This document shows positions 45,174 to 55,626 of a stretch of 64,000 nucleotides of DNA, one piece after another; within the stretch, counting starts at the first letter, position 1, and every line of letters starts with the position of its first letter. The notes below the pieces were generated by a model. The model was not told where the DNA came from. It saw nothing but the letters and a program-made list of their open reading frames with translations, and searched no databases. The stretch lies in assembly GCA_051546255.1 (NCBI GenBank), contig CP128819.1:992001-1056000 (forward strand). Reading direction: 5' to 3'. The stretch comes from Meyerozyma guilliermondii (lineage: Eukaryota). The position numbers were made by a program, and so were the translations under genes.

Positions 45174-45898
45174 ATGAGTACTCCTCAGAAGCGCAATGCC
45201 AGCAATTTGAAACAAGAGCTACTCAATGAGCAGAAACAAGAAATCAGAGAAGCGTTTTCGCTTTTCGATATGAATAACGACGGGTGTTTGGATTACCACG
45301 AACTCAAGGTCGCGTTCAGAGCACTCGGCTTCGACCTTTCCAAACGAGAAGTGTTGGATATTATACACGAATACGATACCGACGACCGCAATTTGATCAC
45401 ATACGAGAACTTTTTCCAAGCAGGTACGTAAAAAAAAGGAGAATGAATACGACTTGAAAAGAGATGAAGTGTGATTTAGTATCGCTTTTTCGATGCCAAG
45501 TTCTGGGATTTATGACAGATTTGTTTACTAGTGGGCAATTGCTCGCTGGCATACTCCTTGTCTTTTTCTTTCTGTGATTTTCTTTCTTCTTTTTCTTTCC
45601 TTCATCTTTTCTCTACTAACACAGTCGGTGAAAAAATAATCAAAAGAGATCCCCTCGACGAGATCCGCAGAGCATTCAAGCTCTTCGACGACGACAACAC
45701 GGGCAAAATCAGTCTTCGTAACTTGCGACGGGTAGCAAAAGAATTGGGTGAAAATCTCACCGATGACGAACTACGGGCCATGATTGACGAATTTGATCTC
45801 GATGAAGATGGAGAAAGTAAGTAAACCAGAACTACAAACCACAACAGCTCACTAACACAGTCAACGAACAGGAATTCATAAACATATGTACAGAATAG
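45174..45898 (+). CDS. CDC31: Centrin, 3 exons (45174-45423, 45625-45816, 45861-45898)
   Basis: EF-hands; introns 45424-45624 (GTACGT...TACTAACACAG) and 45817-45860 (GTAAGT...CACTAACACAG) restore the frame to [12 protein letters not shown]. Confidence 0.95.
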
Positions 45899-45980
45899 CC
45901 TCTAATGTATTATACCTTATACGCCCATACACCAGACTGGTTTGAACAATTTTAATTTTTCATCCATTTCTCAACACATC

Positions 45981-46913
45981 ATGTCGTGGAACACTGCCAA
46001 AAAGCGGTTCCAGAGGGACATAGACAAGTACCCAAAGGCGTTACGTGATGTCTACCTCGCCAAGACAAACAGGTACACCCTTCCCACGTTTGAAACGAAG
46101 CAGTGGCCCATTCCCAAAAATCAGCGTCGCAACGACCTCGCCAAGATCGGATTGGCTAGCGGAGATTTGGCGTATATAACCGAGGGCGAGAAGAAAGGAA
46201 CCATCTCCAAAATCTTCCAGTACTCTCCTGAACTTGACTCGGTGCTTTTGGCCGACGTAACTTCCAAAAAACTCATTCCTCCTCAGAATTGGGTCGAGCA
46301 CCAGAACAGTCATCTCATGGATTACCCAGAATATGTTCCACGTAGCTCCATCAAAATTGCCGCCAAGGACAAGGATGAGAACGGCAAGGTGTACTATGTG
46401 GTGGCTGACGATATAGAGTATCGTGACAAGTATTACGACGACAGGTACAAACAATGGCTTCCTCGCAGGTTTGTCAAGCATCATAAAACCATCGAAATTC
46501 CATGGCCCAATCCTCCGCTGGAGCCCAAGGATGACTATCTCTCCACCAAGGAACCAGTGGTGCTTGAAAAGACCTACGAACTTCAATCCTTGGCTATTTC
46601 ACCAGTTCCAGCAGATGCTCTCTCGCAATTGAGAACTCCATATTCCCGCCATAAAAAGAGAGTGCTCACTGAAATCCAAGCCAGAAAGATGAATGCACCC
46701 TCCATGCCGCTCTCTGACGAACAGAAGATATATCTCGCCAAAAAAGCGGCAGAACCTCCAAAGACATACAAGCCTCTTAGTGATGAAATCAAAGAGTTTA
46801 TTGGCGAACGCATTGCTGCTCACATGGAGACGATAGAGAGTCCCGCTATGAAGCGCCACTTGGAGGCGTTGTCTCAACAAAAGATCCCCAAAGACCCCAA
46901 AATCCAAGAGTAG
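45981..46913 (+). CDS. MRPL40: Mitochondrial ribosomal protein uL24m
   Basis: KOW-like GDLAYITEGEKKG; LPRRFVKHH..IEIPWP; conserved neighbourhood. Confidence 0.85.
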   Translation: MSWNTAKKRFQRDIDKYPKALRDVYLAKTNRYTLPTFETKQWPIPKNQRRNDLAKIGLASGDLAYITEGEKKGTISKIFQYSPELDSVLLADVTSKKLIPPQNWVEHQNSHLMDYPEYVPRSSIKIAAKDKDENGKVYYVVADDIEYRDKYYDDRYKQWLPRRFVKHHKTIEIPWPNPPLEPKDDYLSTKEPVVLEKTYELQSLAISPVPADALSQLRTPYSRHKKRVLTEIQARKMNAPSMPLSDEQKIYLAKKAAEPPKTYKPLSDEIKEFIGERIAAHMETIESPAMKRHLEALSQQKIPKDPKIQE

Positions 46914-46946
46914 AAACTGTACATAGAAGTAGCTAATCATCCTATA

Positions 46947-48203
46947 TCACAACTTCTCGTAGTCTAACTTGCCCTCCAACTTCTTGACGTCGGCAACCTT
47001 ACGGACCGCCTTCATGAGGTCGTTTTGTATAATGTAGTCTCGCTCGTCCCGAATAGCAAAGAACCCTGCCTCGGTGACAACATTACGAATATCAGCACCA
47101 TTGAACCCATCACTCATTTTAACGACTGCCTCGAAATCGAACTCGCCCTGCTTCGATACCTTGGATGTGTGGATCTTGAAGATTTCAAGACGACCAGCCT
47201 CGTTAGGCAAGCCGATTTCGATCTTACGGTCCAAACGACCAGCACGCAACAACGCAGGATCTAATGTGTCGGGACGGTTGGTGGCCATAATAACCTTTGT
47301 CTGGCCCAATGTATCGAAACCGTCCATCTGGTTGAGCAACTCCATCAAAGTACGTTGAATTTCACGATCAGCCGATGTTCCCTCACTGAAACGACGTCCA
47401 CCAATGGCATCCACTTCATCCATGAAGATGATACATGGGGCATGTTCCTTGGCGTAGGCGAACATCTCTCTGATTAAACGGGCACTTTCACCGATATACT
47501 TGTCGACAATGGCCGATGCAGGGGAAAATATAAAGTTGGCACCGATGGTGGCAGCCACTGCCTTGGCGAGCAATGTCTTACCGGTTCCTGGAGGTCCATA
47601 GAGCAACACTCCCTTGGGCAGCTTGATACCCACTCTGGTGAAAAGCTCGGGGTTCTTTAACGGAAGCTCAATCACCTCACGCAATTCACGAACCTGTTCG
47701 GTCAATCCACCGATGGTGTTGAACGATATTTCACCCGGCTCAAAAGTGGTCATATTGTACACCAATGGGTCCACTTCACGAGGTAAGATCCGCATGATGG
47801 TCAACGTGGTCATGTCCAATGCCACTCGTACTCCATTTTTGAGACTTTCTTTCTTGATTGTGTTACGGCACCCGACAATATACCGTGGCCCCGACGATGC
47901 TTTTACAATAAATCTTTCGTCATCCAACTGTTTCAACACCTCCCCAATAATCTGGCCCACCAGCTGGAGCGCCTTGATATCGTTTTCTGTCTTGTCGTAG
48001 TCCTTGTCGAGATCTCGTATACTCATTCGCAACTCCTTGAGTCGAGCGTCCCATCGACGATGTTCCAAAAGTTTGTCTTTGAAACGAGAAAGCGCCCTCT
48101 GGCGTTCAGTGTCGACTTCTGGGGCCGGATCTGATGCGGAAGTGGCGCCACGATCGCCGTTTTCTTCGTTTAACGCTGCCAAAAGCGGGTCTTCTTCTGC
48201 CAT
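46947..48203 (-). CDS. RPT4: 26S proteasome AAA ATPase Rpt4
   Basis: [11 protein letters not shown] start, [12 protein letters not shown], ends KLDYEKL. Confidence 0.97.
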   Translation of the reverse strand: MAEEDPLLAALNEENGDRGATSASDPAPEVDTERQRALSRFKDKLLEHRRWDARLKELRMSIRDLDKDYDKTENDIKALQLVGQIIGEVLKQLDDERFIVKASSGPRYIVGCRNTIKKESLKNGVRVALDMTTLTIMRILPREVDPLVYNMTTFEPGEISFNTIGGLTEQVRELREVIELPLKNPELFTRVGIKLPKGVLLYGPPGTGKTLLAKAVAATIGANFIFSPASAIVDKYIGESARLIREMFAYAKEHAPCIIFMDEVDAIGGRRFSEGTSADREIQRTLMELLNQMDGFDTLGQTKVIMATNRPDTLDPALLRAGRLDRKIEIGLPNEAGRLEIFKIHTSKVSKQGEFDFEAVVKMSDGFNGADIRNVVTEAGFFAIRDERDYIIQNDLMKAVRKVADVKKLEGKLDYEKL

Positions 48204-48312
48204 TAGGTGGCGGCGGGTTCGCGATTTTGAATCTGGAGTACCAGGCAGCGGGTGCACCGGTGTAAACCAACACCTCAGCTTAGGTTTTGCGATCGATGAA
48301 CTAACCCAGTTG

Positions 48313-49689
48313 ATGGAGTTCCAGGCAATAATTTTGTGTGGCAAGGGCCATGGCCTAGCACCGTTTACGAAAGTGAGGTCGACGGGCGTGCCCAAGGCTC
48401 TTTTACCCGTGGCTAATAGACCTATGGTGGAATATGTTTTGGATTGGTGCCAAAAGGCATTTTTTCCACTGGTGACTCTTGTTTGCAATGGCGAAGATAA
48501 ACTGGAAATAGCCGCTGCTGTGGACGCGTATCAGGCCCAGGTGGGCGCTGATCAAGAATGGCGGTGTAAAATTGACGTGGTGGACGTTTCTGTTGAAGGT
48601 TCAGGTGACGCATTGTACCATATGTTCCAACAAAAGTTGATCCACAGGAAAGACTTTGTGGTTTTGCCCTGTGACTTCATTACAAACTTGCCTCCACAGG
48701 TTCTCATCGAGGCGTACCGCAATAAGGCCGACACAGACGTCGGATTGGCTGTTTGTTACCGCAATCAGTTGGACATCGAGGACAAAAAATCTACAATTTT
48801 CCCAAAAAATTATACTTTCTACACAGATCCCAGCCTTGACGATAATGCTAATTCCCAGCTCTTGGACGCTTACTCGGCAGAAGACGTCAACTTTCATAAA
48901 TCTCTTCAGATACGCACACAAATGTGCTGGCGGTATCCGAACTCTCGCATCAGTACCAGGTTATTGGACTCAGGAATCTTTTTCGGGTCCAGTGACGCCA
49001 TAACAAGAGTGTTTGAGTCGCACCGCACCAAGTTCAGTGATCTGTACTTCAAAACCAGATCCGTAGCCAAAGTTGTACGAGATTTTGCTCGACGTTCATG
49101 GAAGCACAAGAAACCGCTCGATACTGTTGGGTTCACAATTCTCCCCGAGCAAGCGATGTTTTTCCGCAGCAACCACCCCTCTGTGTTGATGGAGGCTAAC
49201 AGACATTTCATGAAGGAACGGGCCAGAAAACAAGGCCAAAGTCATGCCAGTTTTGACAAACAGTCTCGTTCGGCGGTGGGTATCGATTCTCTTATTGGAC
49301 CTAATACCACCCTTGGAGAGAAGACCAACGTCAAGAGAACTGTGGTGGGACGAGACTGCAAGGTTGGTGACCGAGTCAGATTAACAGGATGTCTTGTGAT
49401 GGATAGTGTGGTTATAGAAAACGATGTACAATTGGAAAATTGTATTATTGGAAAAGGTGCTATTATTCGTGGAAAAGTCCGTCTTGTCAATTGTTATGTG
49501 GAATGCACCAACGATGTCGTCGGAGGAACCAATTCCAAGGGAGATACCTTGTTATGTCTTTCACTTGACGGGTTGGACGAAGATGCGTTGGAGTCAGATT
49601 CCGACTCGGAATCGGGGTCTAGCGACGAGAGCGATTACGAATACGAAGGAGAGTACGACGATAATGCCGACGGGTTGTTTGGGTATTAG
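48313..49689 (+). CDS. GCD1: eIF2B gamma subunit
   Basis: [12 protein letters not shown]...[13 protein letters not shown]-terminal hexapeptide repeats; divergent from RPT4. Confidence 0.93.
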   Translation: MEFQAIILCGKGHGLAPFTKVRSTGVPKALLPVANRPMVEYVLDWCQKAFFPLVTLVCNGEDKLEIAAAVDAYQAQVGADQEWRCKIDVVDVSVEGSGDALYHMFQQKLIHRKDFVVLPCDFITNLPPQVLIEAYRNKADTDVGLAVCYRNQLDIEDKKSTIFPKNYTFYTDPSLDDNANSQLLDAYSAEDVNFHKSLQIRTQMCWRYPNSRISTRLLDSGIFFGSSDAITRVFESHRTKFSDLYFKTRSVAKVVRDFARRSWKHKKPLDTVGFTILPEQAMFFRSNHPSVLMEANRHFMKERARKQGQSHASFDKQSRSAVGIDSLIGPNTTLGEKTNVKRTVVGRDCKVGDRVRLTGCLVMDSVVIENDVQLENCIIGKGAIIRGKVRLVNCYVECTNDVVGGTNSKGDTLLCLSLDGLDEDALESDSDSESGSSDESDYEYEGEYDDNADGLFGY

Positions 49690-49862
49690 AATCTCGATAG
49701 TCTGAATTTCTAGACATGGGCTCTAAGCCTGGTAAATAATGCAATCAGGATCATTAATCATTAAATGCTCTATAAGTGGAAAGAAGAATAAAGTTCTCCC
49801 TCTTCGTTTTCTCTCTTCCTTCTCCTTCTCTTCCTTCTCCTTCTCTTCCTTCTCTTCCTTTC

Positions 49863-50525
49863 CTATTCATTCTTCCGCCGCTTGCGGCCGCTGTCGCTGT
49901 CGCTGTCCGAGCCAAGATCTGCCTTGCTCCATGGCTCTTCCTTGCTGATCCGCGGCTTTCGCCGTATACTGGCTCTCTGCTTGATAGAATGTGCTACAGA
50001 AGGAGGGGGTATTCCCGGGTAAAAATGCTGGGGAGCCGCCAATTGCGCTGGGGCAGAAAACACATGGTTAGGAAGACGAGAGTTTTCAAGTAGTGGAGCC
50101 ACAAGTTCGGGTAGGCACTGGGATTCAGTAACGGGACTCGAAGCCATTTCCGAACCGTTCTTTTCCTTTTCGTCGAAATCTTCTTGATCTTGTTTGCGTA
50201 TTTCTGCTCGTCTCGTCAATGCCCAATCTTCAATATCTTCACCATTTGCAATTGCCACCAACAAATCATCCAAACAATCGGTATACCCCTGGTCTGCTGC
50301 ACTCACCAGCTTCTTGTTGGCAAGTCTATAGAGCCTTGTGACTGCTTTTGCAGCGTTCGAAAATTCTGACTTTGCTTCTTCTGGTTCATGACTGTTGTAT
50401 AATGCTGCCACAGCGTTCGCTGCGTTCTTGAATTCCAATGCTAGTTCCCGCGACAACCGTTCTGTAGCTTGCTGTTGCACGGAGGGTGCAGACGGTAGGT
50501 CTGACGATAAGTTGGAAAGGTCCAT
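49863..50525 (-). CDS. YJR056C-like protein (HAPSTR1/C16orf72-related)
   Basis: EFKNAANAVAALY...AVTRLYRLANKK...QGYTDCLDDLL resembles S. cerevisiae YJR056C as recalled; basic C-terminal RKRRK. Confidence 0.7.
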   Translation of the reverse strand: MDLSNLSSDLPSAPSVQQQATERLSRELALEFKNAANAVAALYNSHEPEEAKSEFSNAAKAVTRLYRLANKKLVSAADQGYTDCLDDLLVAIANGEDIEDWALTRRAEIRKQDQEDFDEKEKNGSEMASSPVTESQCLPELVAPLLENSRLPNHVFSAPAQLAAPQHFYPGIPPPSVAHSIKQRASIRRKPRISKEEPWSKADLGSDSDSDSGRKRRKNE

Positions 50526-50967
50526 AAAGAGGTGATGAGAGGGAGCGATTTGATAGCGCGGTGGTGCACGGGTGCGAGCGACGAGGAAGACGAGGAGACG
50601 AGGAGACGAGGTGGAAAGAAAGTTGATGGGAAATGAAAATAAATAAAAAATGAGTTAAAGTGGATGAAAAGTAGTAGAAGAGGTCAATTGAGACAACAAA
50701 TAGAAATTAAGTCGTTTCTAAAGCTTTTTATAAAGTTTGCGTATAGTTGCAAAACATGTAAATATCATAATTTAATTCCATTTCAACAGCAATTCAGTAA
50801 TAACAATCCAGTCAATTGCAATCCCCATTCCAATTTTTTTCAACTCCATTACTTTCCCACTTCCTTCCCTTCGTCGCTTCGTCGCTTCGTCGCTTCGCTC
50901 CTCAACTTTCACACCCGTGCACCGACTCTCATATTCCACCTGGCCTCACTTCTTTATCGCATCCACA

Positions 50968-51662
50968 ATGGTCAAATCGACACTTATATATCGATATGAC
51001 GGTACGTACCATATTCTCCGCTCATCCATACTCCCCCAGCTAACCCAGCTCTTCCCCTTTGTGGCTCTGTAGACGATAACCAGGATCCTGGTTTGATGGA
51101 ACAGAAGAAGAAATGTAAGATTCTTATTAGCAGAATCACTCCCAATTCCGAACCTCAGGCTACCGTCGAGTCCGGAGCCTACAACTTGCACTACCAGATC
51201 TCCAACCAAATCATATACTTGTGCATTTGTGACAAAACATATCCTCGTAAACTTGCGTTTTCCTACCTTGCTGAAGTCTCACACGAGTTTGAAAATTCCC
51301 ATGGCCAGGAAGCTCTTCTGGCTTCAGCACGGCCCTTTGGGTTCAGTTCGTTCGATAATTTCTTGAGCAAAACGAAAAAACTTTATCAGGACCAAAGAGC
51401 ACAATCCAATTTGGACAAGTTGAACAACGACTTGGCCGATGTCAAGAAGGTGATGACAAAGAATATCGAGGATTTGCTTTACCGAGGAGATTCGTTGGAC
51501 AAGATGAGCGACTTGTCGTCGAGTTTGCGTAACGACTCCATCAAGTATAGAAAGCGGGCCCAGAAAATCAACTTTGATGCATTGTTGAGACAGTATATTC
51601 CAGTGGTGGGAGTGCTGATTTTGTTTTTGTTTTTGGTGTGGTACATGTTGTTGAGACGATAA
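50968..51662 (+). CDS. SEC22: R-SNARE Sec22, 2 exons (50968-51001, 51049-51662)
   Basis: MVKSTLIYRYD, 47-nt intron (GTACGT...GCTAACCCAG), then ALPLCGSVD; YPRKLAFSYL; NIEDLLYRG; C-terminal TM. Confidence 0.95.
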
Positions 51663-51849
51663 ACAACTGCGCTATATGCTATCACCATTACTACTAATAC
51701 AATTGACTATATATGACTATATCTAGCGTACGATAGTTAATCATTTGAATTCGCACTCGCGAAAGAATCAATAATTACTATTTATACTGTATCCACTGTT
51801 TCCACAATTTTCCCAATTTTCACTCCACCACTCCACCACTCCACCTCGT

Positions 51850-53598
51850 ATGCTCCCCCGGCCCCAATTGGGCTCCAAGAAGTCTCTTATTCTTCCTAAA
51901 CACACCTCAGAGTTGGCGAGCGATGCCACCACTCAGCTCACTGTCAGCAATATAAGTTCCACACCAGACGAAATTCAGCCCCTGACTTCTGTGGTTTCAG
52001 CTGAAGAACCCGATGAAGACGACGACACAGAGGATCTCCAGAGCATCTTGCACTCTTATATACGAAAAGACAGGTCTCCGAATAACGGCGACGAAGTTTC
52101 GCTTGCGAAGATGAATTTGGCAAGTTGTGAAAACGTGCCAAATGACGAGTTTTTGACAAAGTACGTGCTTCTGAGCAGACTGGACCAGAAAGAGGTGTTC
52201 CACCACAAACTCAAGCATTTTTTTGTACTTTCCAATGCTGGAAAACCAATCTACTCGCTCAATGGTGCCGACAAGGTGATAGTGGGATTCATGGGTTTAA
52301 TTACAGCACTCGTATCTTCTGTGGAGGAAACCATGGACCAGCAATTGCAACACATAAACTATGGTGAGCTGCAAATTGTCATTTATAATCGAGAACCACT
52401 TATTTTAGTGGCTGTGTCCAAACTATATCACGAGAACAAAACCCATCTTGCACTGCAACTCGAGTATATTTACAGCTACTTGCTCTCCATATTGTCCAAA
52501 CCAGCGATAACTCGCAGCTACCAAAACAGAATGAACTACGATCTCCGCAAAGTGTTGACTGCGTTGGATTTTCAAAACCTCGATGGAATTTGCACCCAAT
52601 TGTCATATGGTCAAATTGTGGAAATGGGCATACTGGGTGTGTGTGGGCTCGAGTTCTTCACTTCACATCTACTTGACTCGGCGTTGCCGAGCATTCGCAT
52701 AACAAATACGGTTCGAAAGAAACTTAACGGTGTTCTTCAGTCGTGCCGCAAAATTAAAGAACCAGAAACAAGGTCGGTCTTATCGTTGTCAAAACACGAC
52801 GACGTGGTCAGCGATCTCTTGTTCAGTCTTCTAGTGGCTCCACCCAACAAAATCATTGGACTTGCTCGTCCCAAAAATCACCAGTTGTCTCACAGAGACC
52901 TTTCAATTCTCACCTACATCATTTCTTCTGTCACTTCAGACGGCAATTCTTCGTCAGAGGACTTGTGGATTCCCGTGTGCATGCCAGATTTCAACAGCAA
53001 TGGCTTCCTCTACGCATTCATCAAAAATTTCGACTTGGCTTCGTATGTGGTTGTGGATGGTAAGAATGTTCCGCCGCAACCAGTTCAAATTGTGCTTTTA
53101 AGCAGCAACAAAAATACATTTGACACAATGCAAACCATAGCAAATAACATTCTCAACGACATCACCTGGAGTGAACTGCTTAGATGTGGTCTCAGCGACG
53201 ATTTGGTATCCAGCACTCAATATCCTGTTGGGGTAGACCACTTTGTCTTCAAGCTGGTAAAGCATAATCAGTTCATTTCCAGTGATATGGCTAAATGGAG
53301 TGCTAATGGCACTTCAGCGGCATCTATTCAGCTAACAAAGTTTCTTTCTACGTTGTACAATTCAAAAAGCGAGCCTATAGGCGACCCAGAGTCCCCAGAC
53401 AAAAAATTGACATATTTAAAATGGAACTTTGACGATTGGTCTGTCACTGGTTTGCGGCTCTCCGATACTTCTTACGAGTTCTACAGCTTGTGCAACCACT
53501 CAATTGTATCACAGGACCTCATCAACACCAGTATGACCATCATAAAGTGGTGTCGAAACAATATCAGACGGTTGACTTTGGAAGAGGCCATTTTTTGA
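51850..53598 (+). CDS. MON1: Mon1 vacuolar fusion GEF subunit
   Basis: KHFFVLSNAGKPIYS, NYDLRKVL, WIPVCMPDFNSNGFLY. Confidence 0.92.
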   Translation: MLPRPQLGSKKSLILPKHTSELASDATTQLTVSNISSTPDEIQPLTSVVSAEEPDEDDDTEDLQSILHSYIRKDRSPNNGDEVSLAKMNLASCENVPNDEFLTKYVLLSRLDQKEVFHHKLKHFFVLSNAGKPIYSLNGADKVIVGFMGLITALVSSVEETMDQQLQHINYGELQIVIYNREPLILVAVSKLYHENKTHLALQLEYIYSYLLSILSKPAITRSYQNRMNYDLRKVLTALDFQNLDGICTQLSYGQIVEMGILGVCGLEFFTSHLLDSALPSIRITNTVRKKLNGVLQSCRKIKEPETRSVLSLSKHDDVVSDLLFSLLVAPPNKIIGLARPKNHQLSHRDLSILTYIISSVTSDGNSSSEDLWIPVCMPDFNSNGFLYAFIKNFDLASYVVVDGKNVPPQPVQIVLLSSNKNTFDTMQTIANNILNDITWSELLRCGLSDDLVSSTQYPVGVDHFVFKLVKHNQFISSDMAKWSANGTSAASIQLTKFLSTLYNSKSEPIGDPESPDKKLTYLKWNFDDWSVTGLRLSDTSYEFYSLCNHSIVSQDLINTSMTIIKWCRNNIRRLTLEEAIF

Positions 53599-53602
53599 AT
53601 AT

Positions 53603-54370
53603 CTACTTCAATATAACCAGCTCCGCACTCTTGAACGAGTCCGACAACTTATCCACATACTCCTTGTGTAACTTTTCAAAGTCCTTCAACATTTTCTCTT
53701 CGTCGTCGCTCAACTTTTTCTTCTTCTTAGTGAACTTGGTTCTAACTTCCGCTCTTATAGATGCCAATGTGAGTTTGCCAGAGCCATTTTTGAACTTCTC
53801 GTATACTCCCTTGAGCTGCTTGGCGCTCTCTTTCTTCGACTCGACCGTCAATGGCGGCAATGGAACCTTGAGTGCCAGCTTGTTGGAAGGATCAACTTGT
53901 GGGTTCATATTGAGATTGGAGCCCAAAACCGCATTGATGATACTCTGGGAGTTTGCCGTGTCGAACACAGTGATCAAGAAATTTCGACCTTTGATGGAAG
54001 TTTGTGCTACTGACGTAAATGGCTGAGGACCAAACTCGGTGTCGACACTCAAATGGTCAAAGATCAGTGGACTTGTTCTTCCAAGTTTAGCCTCGTTAGC
54101 CAGTTTGGAAAACTTTTCAATGACCTCGTTCATCTTCCGTTTAGCATCGTCAAAGTCTATTTCTGGGGTTTCCCCTGCCTCTTCAGCGTCATCTTCTTTA
54201 CCTTTTGTATTTTTCACTTTTGAATTTTTCACTTTTTTGGCTTTTGCTAATAACGAGGTTGTGGTGCCAAAAGCACGATATGAGTGAGTAGCGTACCAGT
54301 AGGCGGTAGTATGGGTCGTAAGTGAGCCCCGAAGAGCATGGCGAACTGTAAAAATCAGAGTCCGTAACAT
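53603..54370 (-). CDS. RRF1: Mitochondrial ribosome recycling factor
   Basis: Presequence; AKLGRTSP, LNMNPQ...VPLPP. Confidence 0.88.
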   Translation of the reverse strand: MLRTLIFTVRHALRGSLTTHTTAYWYATHSYRAFGTTTSLLAKAKKVKNSKVKNTKGKEDDAEEAGETPEIDFDDAKRKMNEVIEKFSKLANEAKLGRTSPLIFDHLSVDTEFGPQPFTSVAQTSIKGRNFLITVFDTANSQSIINAVLGSNLNMNPQVDPSNKLALKVPLPPLTVESKKESAKQLKGVYEKFKNGSGKLTLASIRAEVRTKFTKKKKKLSDDEEKMLKDFEKLHKEYVDKLSDSFKSAELVILK

Positions 54371-54520
54371 CTTTAATTCAACGCACAGTGAAAAATTTAC
54401 CCCACAAAAACTGCGAAAAAGTTCAGAAAAATTAGGTAAAAAGGTACCTACAATACTAGGCTAAAAACCTCATTCTATATTCCTCACTCTATATCTTGTA
54501 TCTCTATCATCTCCATGCAA

Positions 54521-55531
54521 TCATGAACTTTCTAGTCTATCCAAAACGCCCAAACACGATTTGGCTTCTCGTCCAACCTCACCGCCTTCTTTAACCAAGT
54601 TGGTCAAATTCTTCCTCAATGGTTCTTGGAATACATCATGGACAATTTTCCGCCGAGTATCCAAATCGTCAGTGGCTAAAGACTCTAGGGAAGCCAACGA
54701 AAACATATCGTCGGCTTGTGGAGTTTCTTGGGTGAAGAGCTTTAGTGATGCATATGGATGAGGGTTTGTAGGCAACATATAGTGGCTTGTTTGTGGATGG
54801 ATGTAGTTTATAGGAACCAGTGTGGTTTCTGCCGTTTTCTGGAAGAGCGTGGACTCCAAAAACCGCAAAAGTACTGCTAAATGGCCCACTCTGGCTTTCT
54901 TGGATGTTCCTCCAATTGACGAACTGGTGGTAACTGCAAGAGACAAAGACTTCTTGTCGTCACGCAAGTTCCACGACATAATCGTAAAAAAGGATCTGAG
55001 TGTCTTGACAAAGTACGAGCGAGCCACCGCTTCCAGGGCGTGCTGGAGAACTATGTCCAAAAACTTGGTGGATGAGCTTCTTATATCTGGCTGGATATGA
55101 GACATTGCCGAGTGCACGAAGAGGATTACGGAAGTTATGTGCAAATCGAGGAGACCAGACTGGGTTTCGGCGCATTTTTGAAGCAAAGAAGCAACTTCTT
55201 CTCGAACCTGTTGAGATGAGTCGTGAACGAGAGGCATGATACTTGAAAGAATTTGCTTGTAAAGTGATGGGTTTGAAGGAAGTTGCAGCAGAATCGACTT
55301 CAAAACTTCCTTTCTGGTTGTGCTAGAATGGTGTTTTGTCAAAGAAAGTTGGTGAAGAAAGTCTTTTTCGTCATTTTTATCGGACTTTTGGGCGATGGAT
55401 TGGTTGGGAAGCGAGATGGATTTGGCCACAAACGAAGTATCTGTGTGATTATCGGGCTTTGCCTTTGTCTTTCCAACCCGTAGCTTGGGCTTGACAAAGT
55501 CTTTTTGTTTTTCTGTCTTTTTCTTGGCCAT
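54521..55531 (-). CDS. IPI1: Ipi1 (Rix1 complex)
   Basis: KQKDFVKPKLRVGKTKAKPDNHTDTSF...LPNQS; PAC motif GCGATGAG at 55550-55557. Confidence 0.92.
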   Translation of the reverse strand: MAKKKTEKQKDFVKPKLRVGKTKAKPDNHTDTSFVAKSISLPNQSIAQKSDKNDEKDFLHQLSLTKHHSSTTRKEVLKSILLQLPSNPSLYKQILSSIMPLVHDSSQQVREEVASLLQKCAETQSGLLDLHITSVILFVHSAMSHIQPDIRSSSTKFLDIVLQHALEAVARSYFVKTLRSFFTIMSWNLRDDKKSLSLAVTTSSSIGGTSKKARVGHLAVLLRFLESTLFQKTAETTLVPINYIHPQTSHYMLPTNPHPYASLKLFTQETPQADDMFSLASLESLATDDLDTRRKIVHDVFQEPLRKNLTNLVKEGGEVGREAKSCLGVLDRLESS

Positions 55532-55626
55532 TACTGTGGAGAGATCATCGCGATGAGCCAAATGGTCGCGAAATATCAACAAAAAATCAATCTTGCGCGC
55601 TAAAACAATAATAACACCTGACGACG

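Noticed and set aside
48004..48488. Apparent head-to-head overlap of RPT4 and GCD1 (also IPI1/BRL1 and 7757/8172)
   Set aside because: Artefact of TTG/GTG or upstream starts in the ORF track. The conserved ATG starts do not overlap.
49800..50900. Simple repeats (CTTCTC, GACGAGGA, TCGTCGCT; also GCTATATACAT near 12960 and GAATAAGGA near 56930)
   Set aside because: Ordinary intergenic micro/minisatellites with no spacers; not CRISPR.
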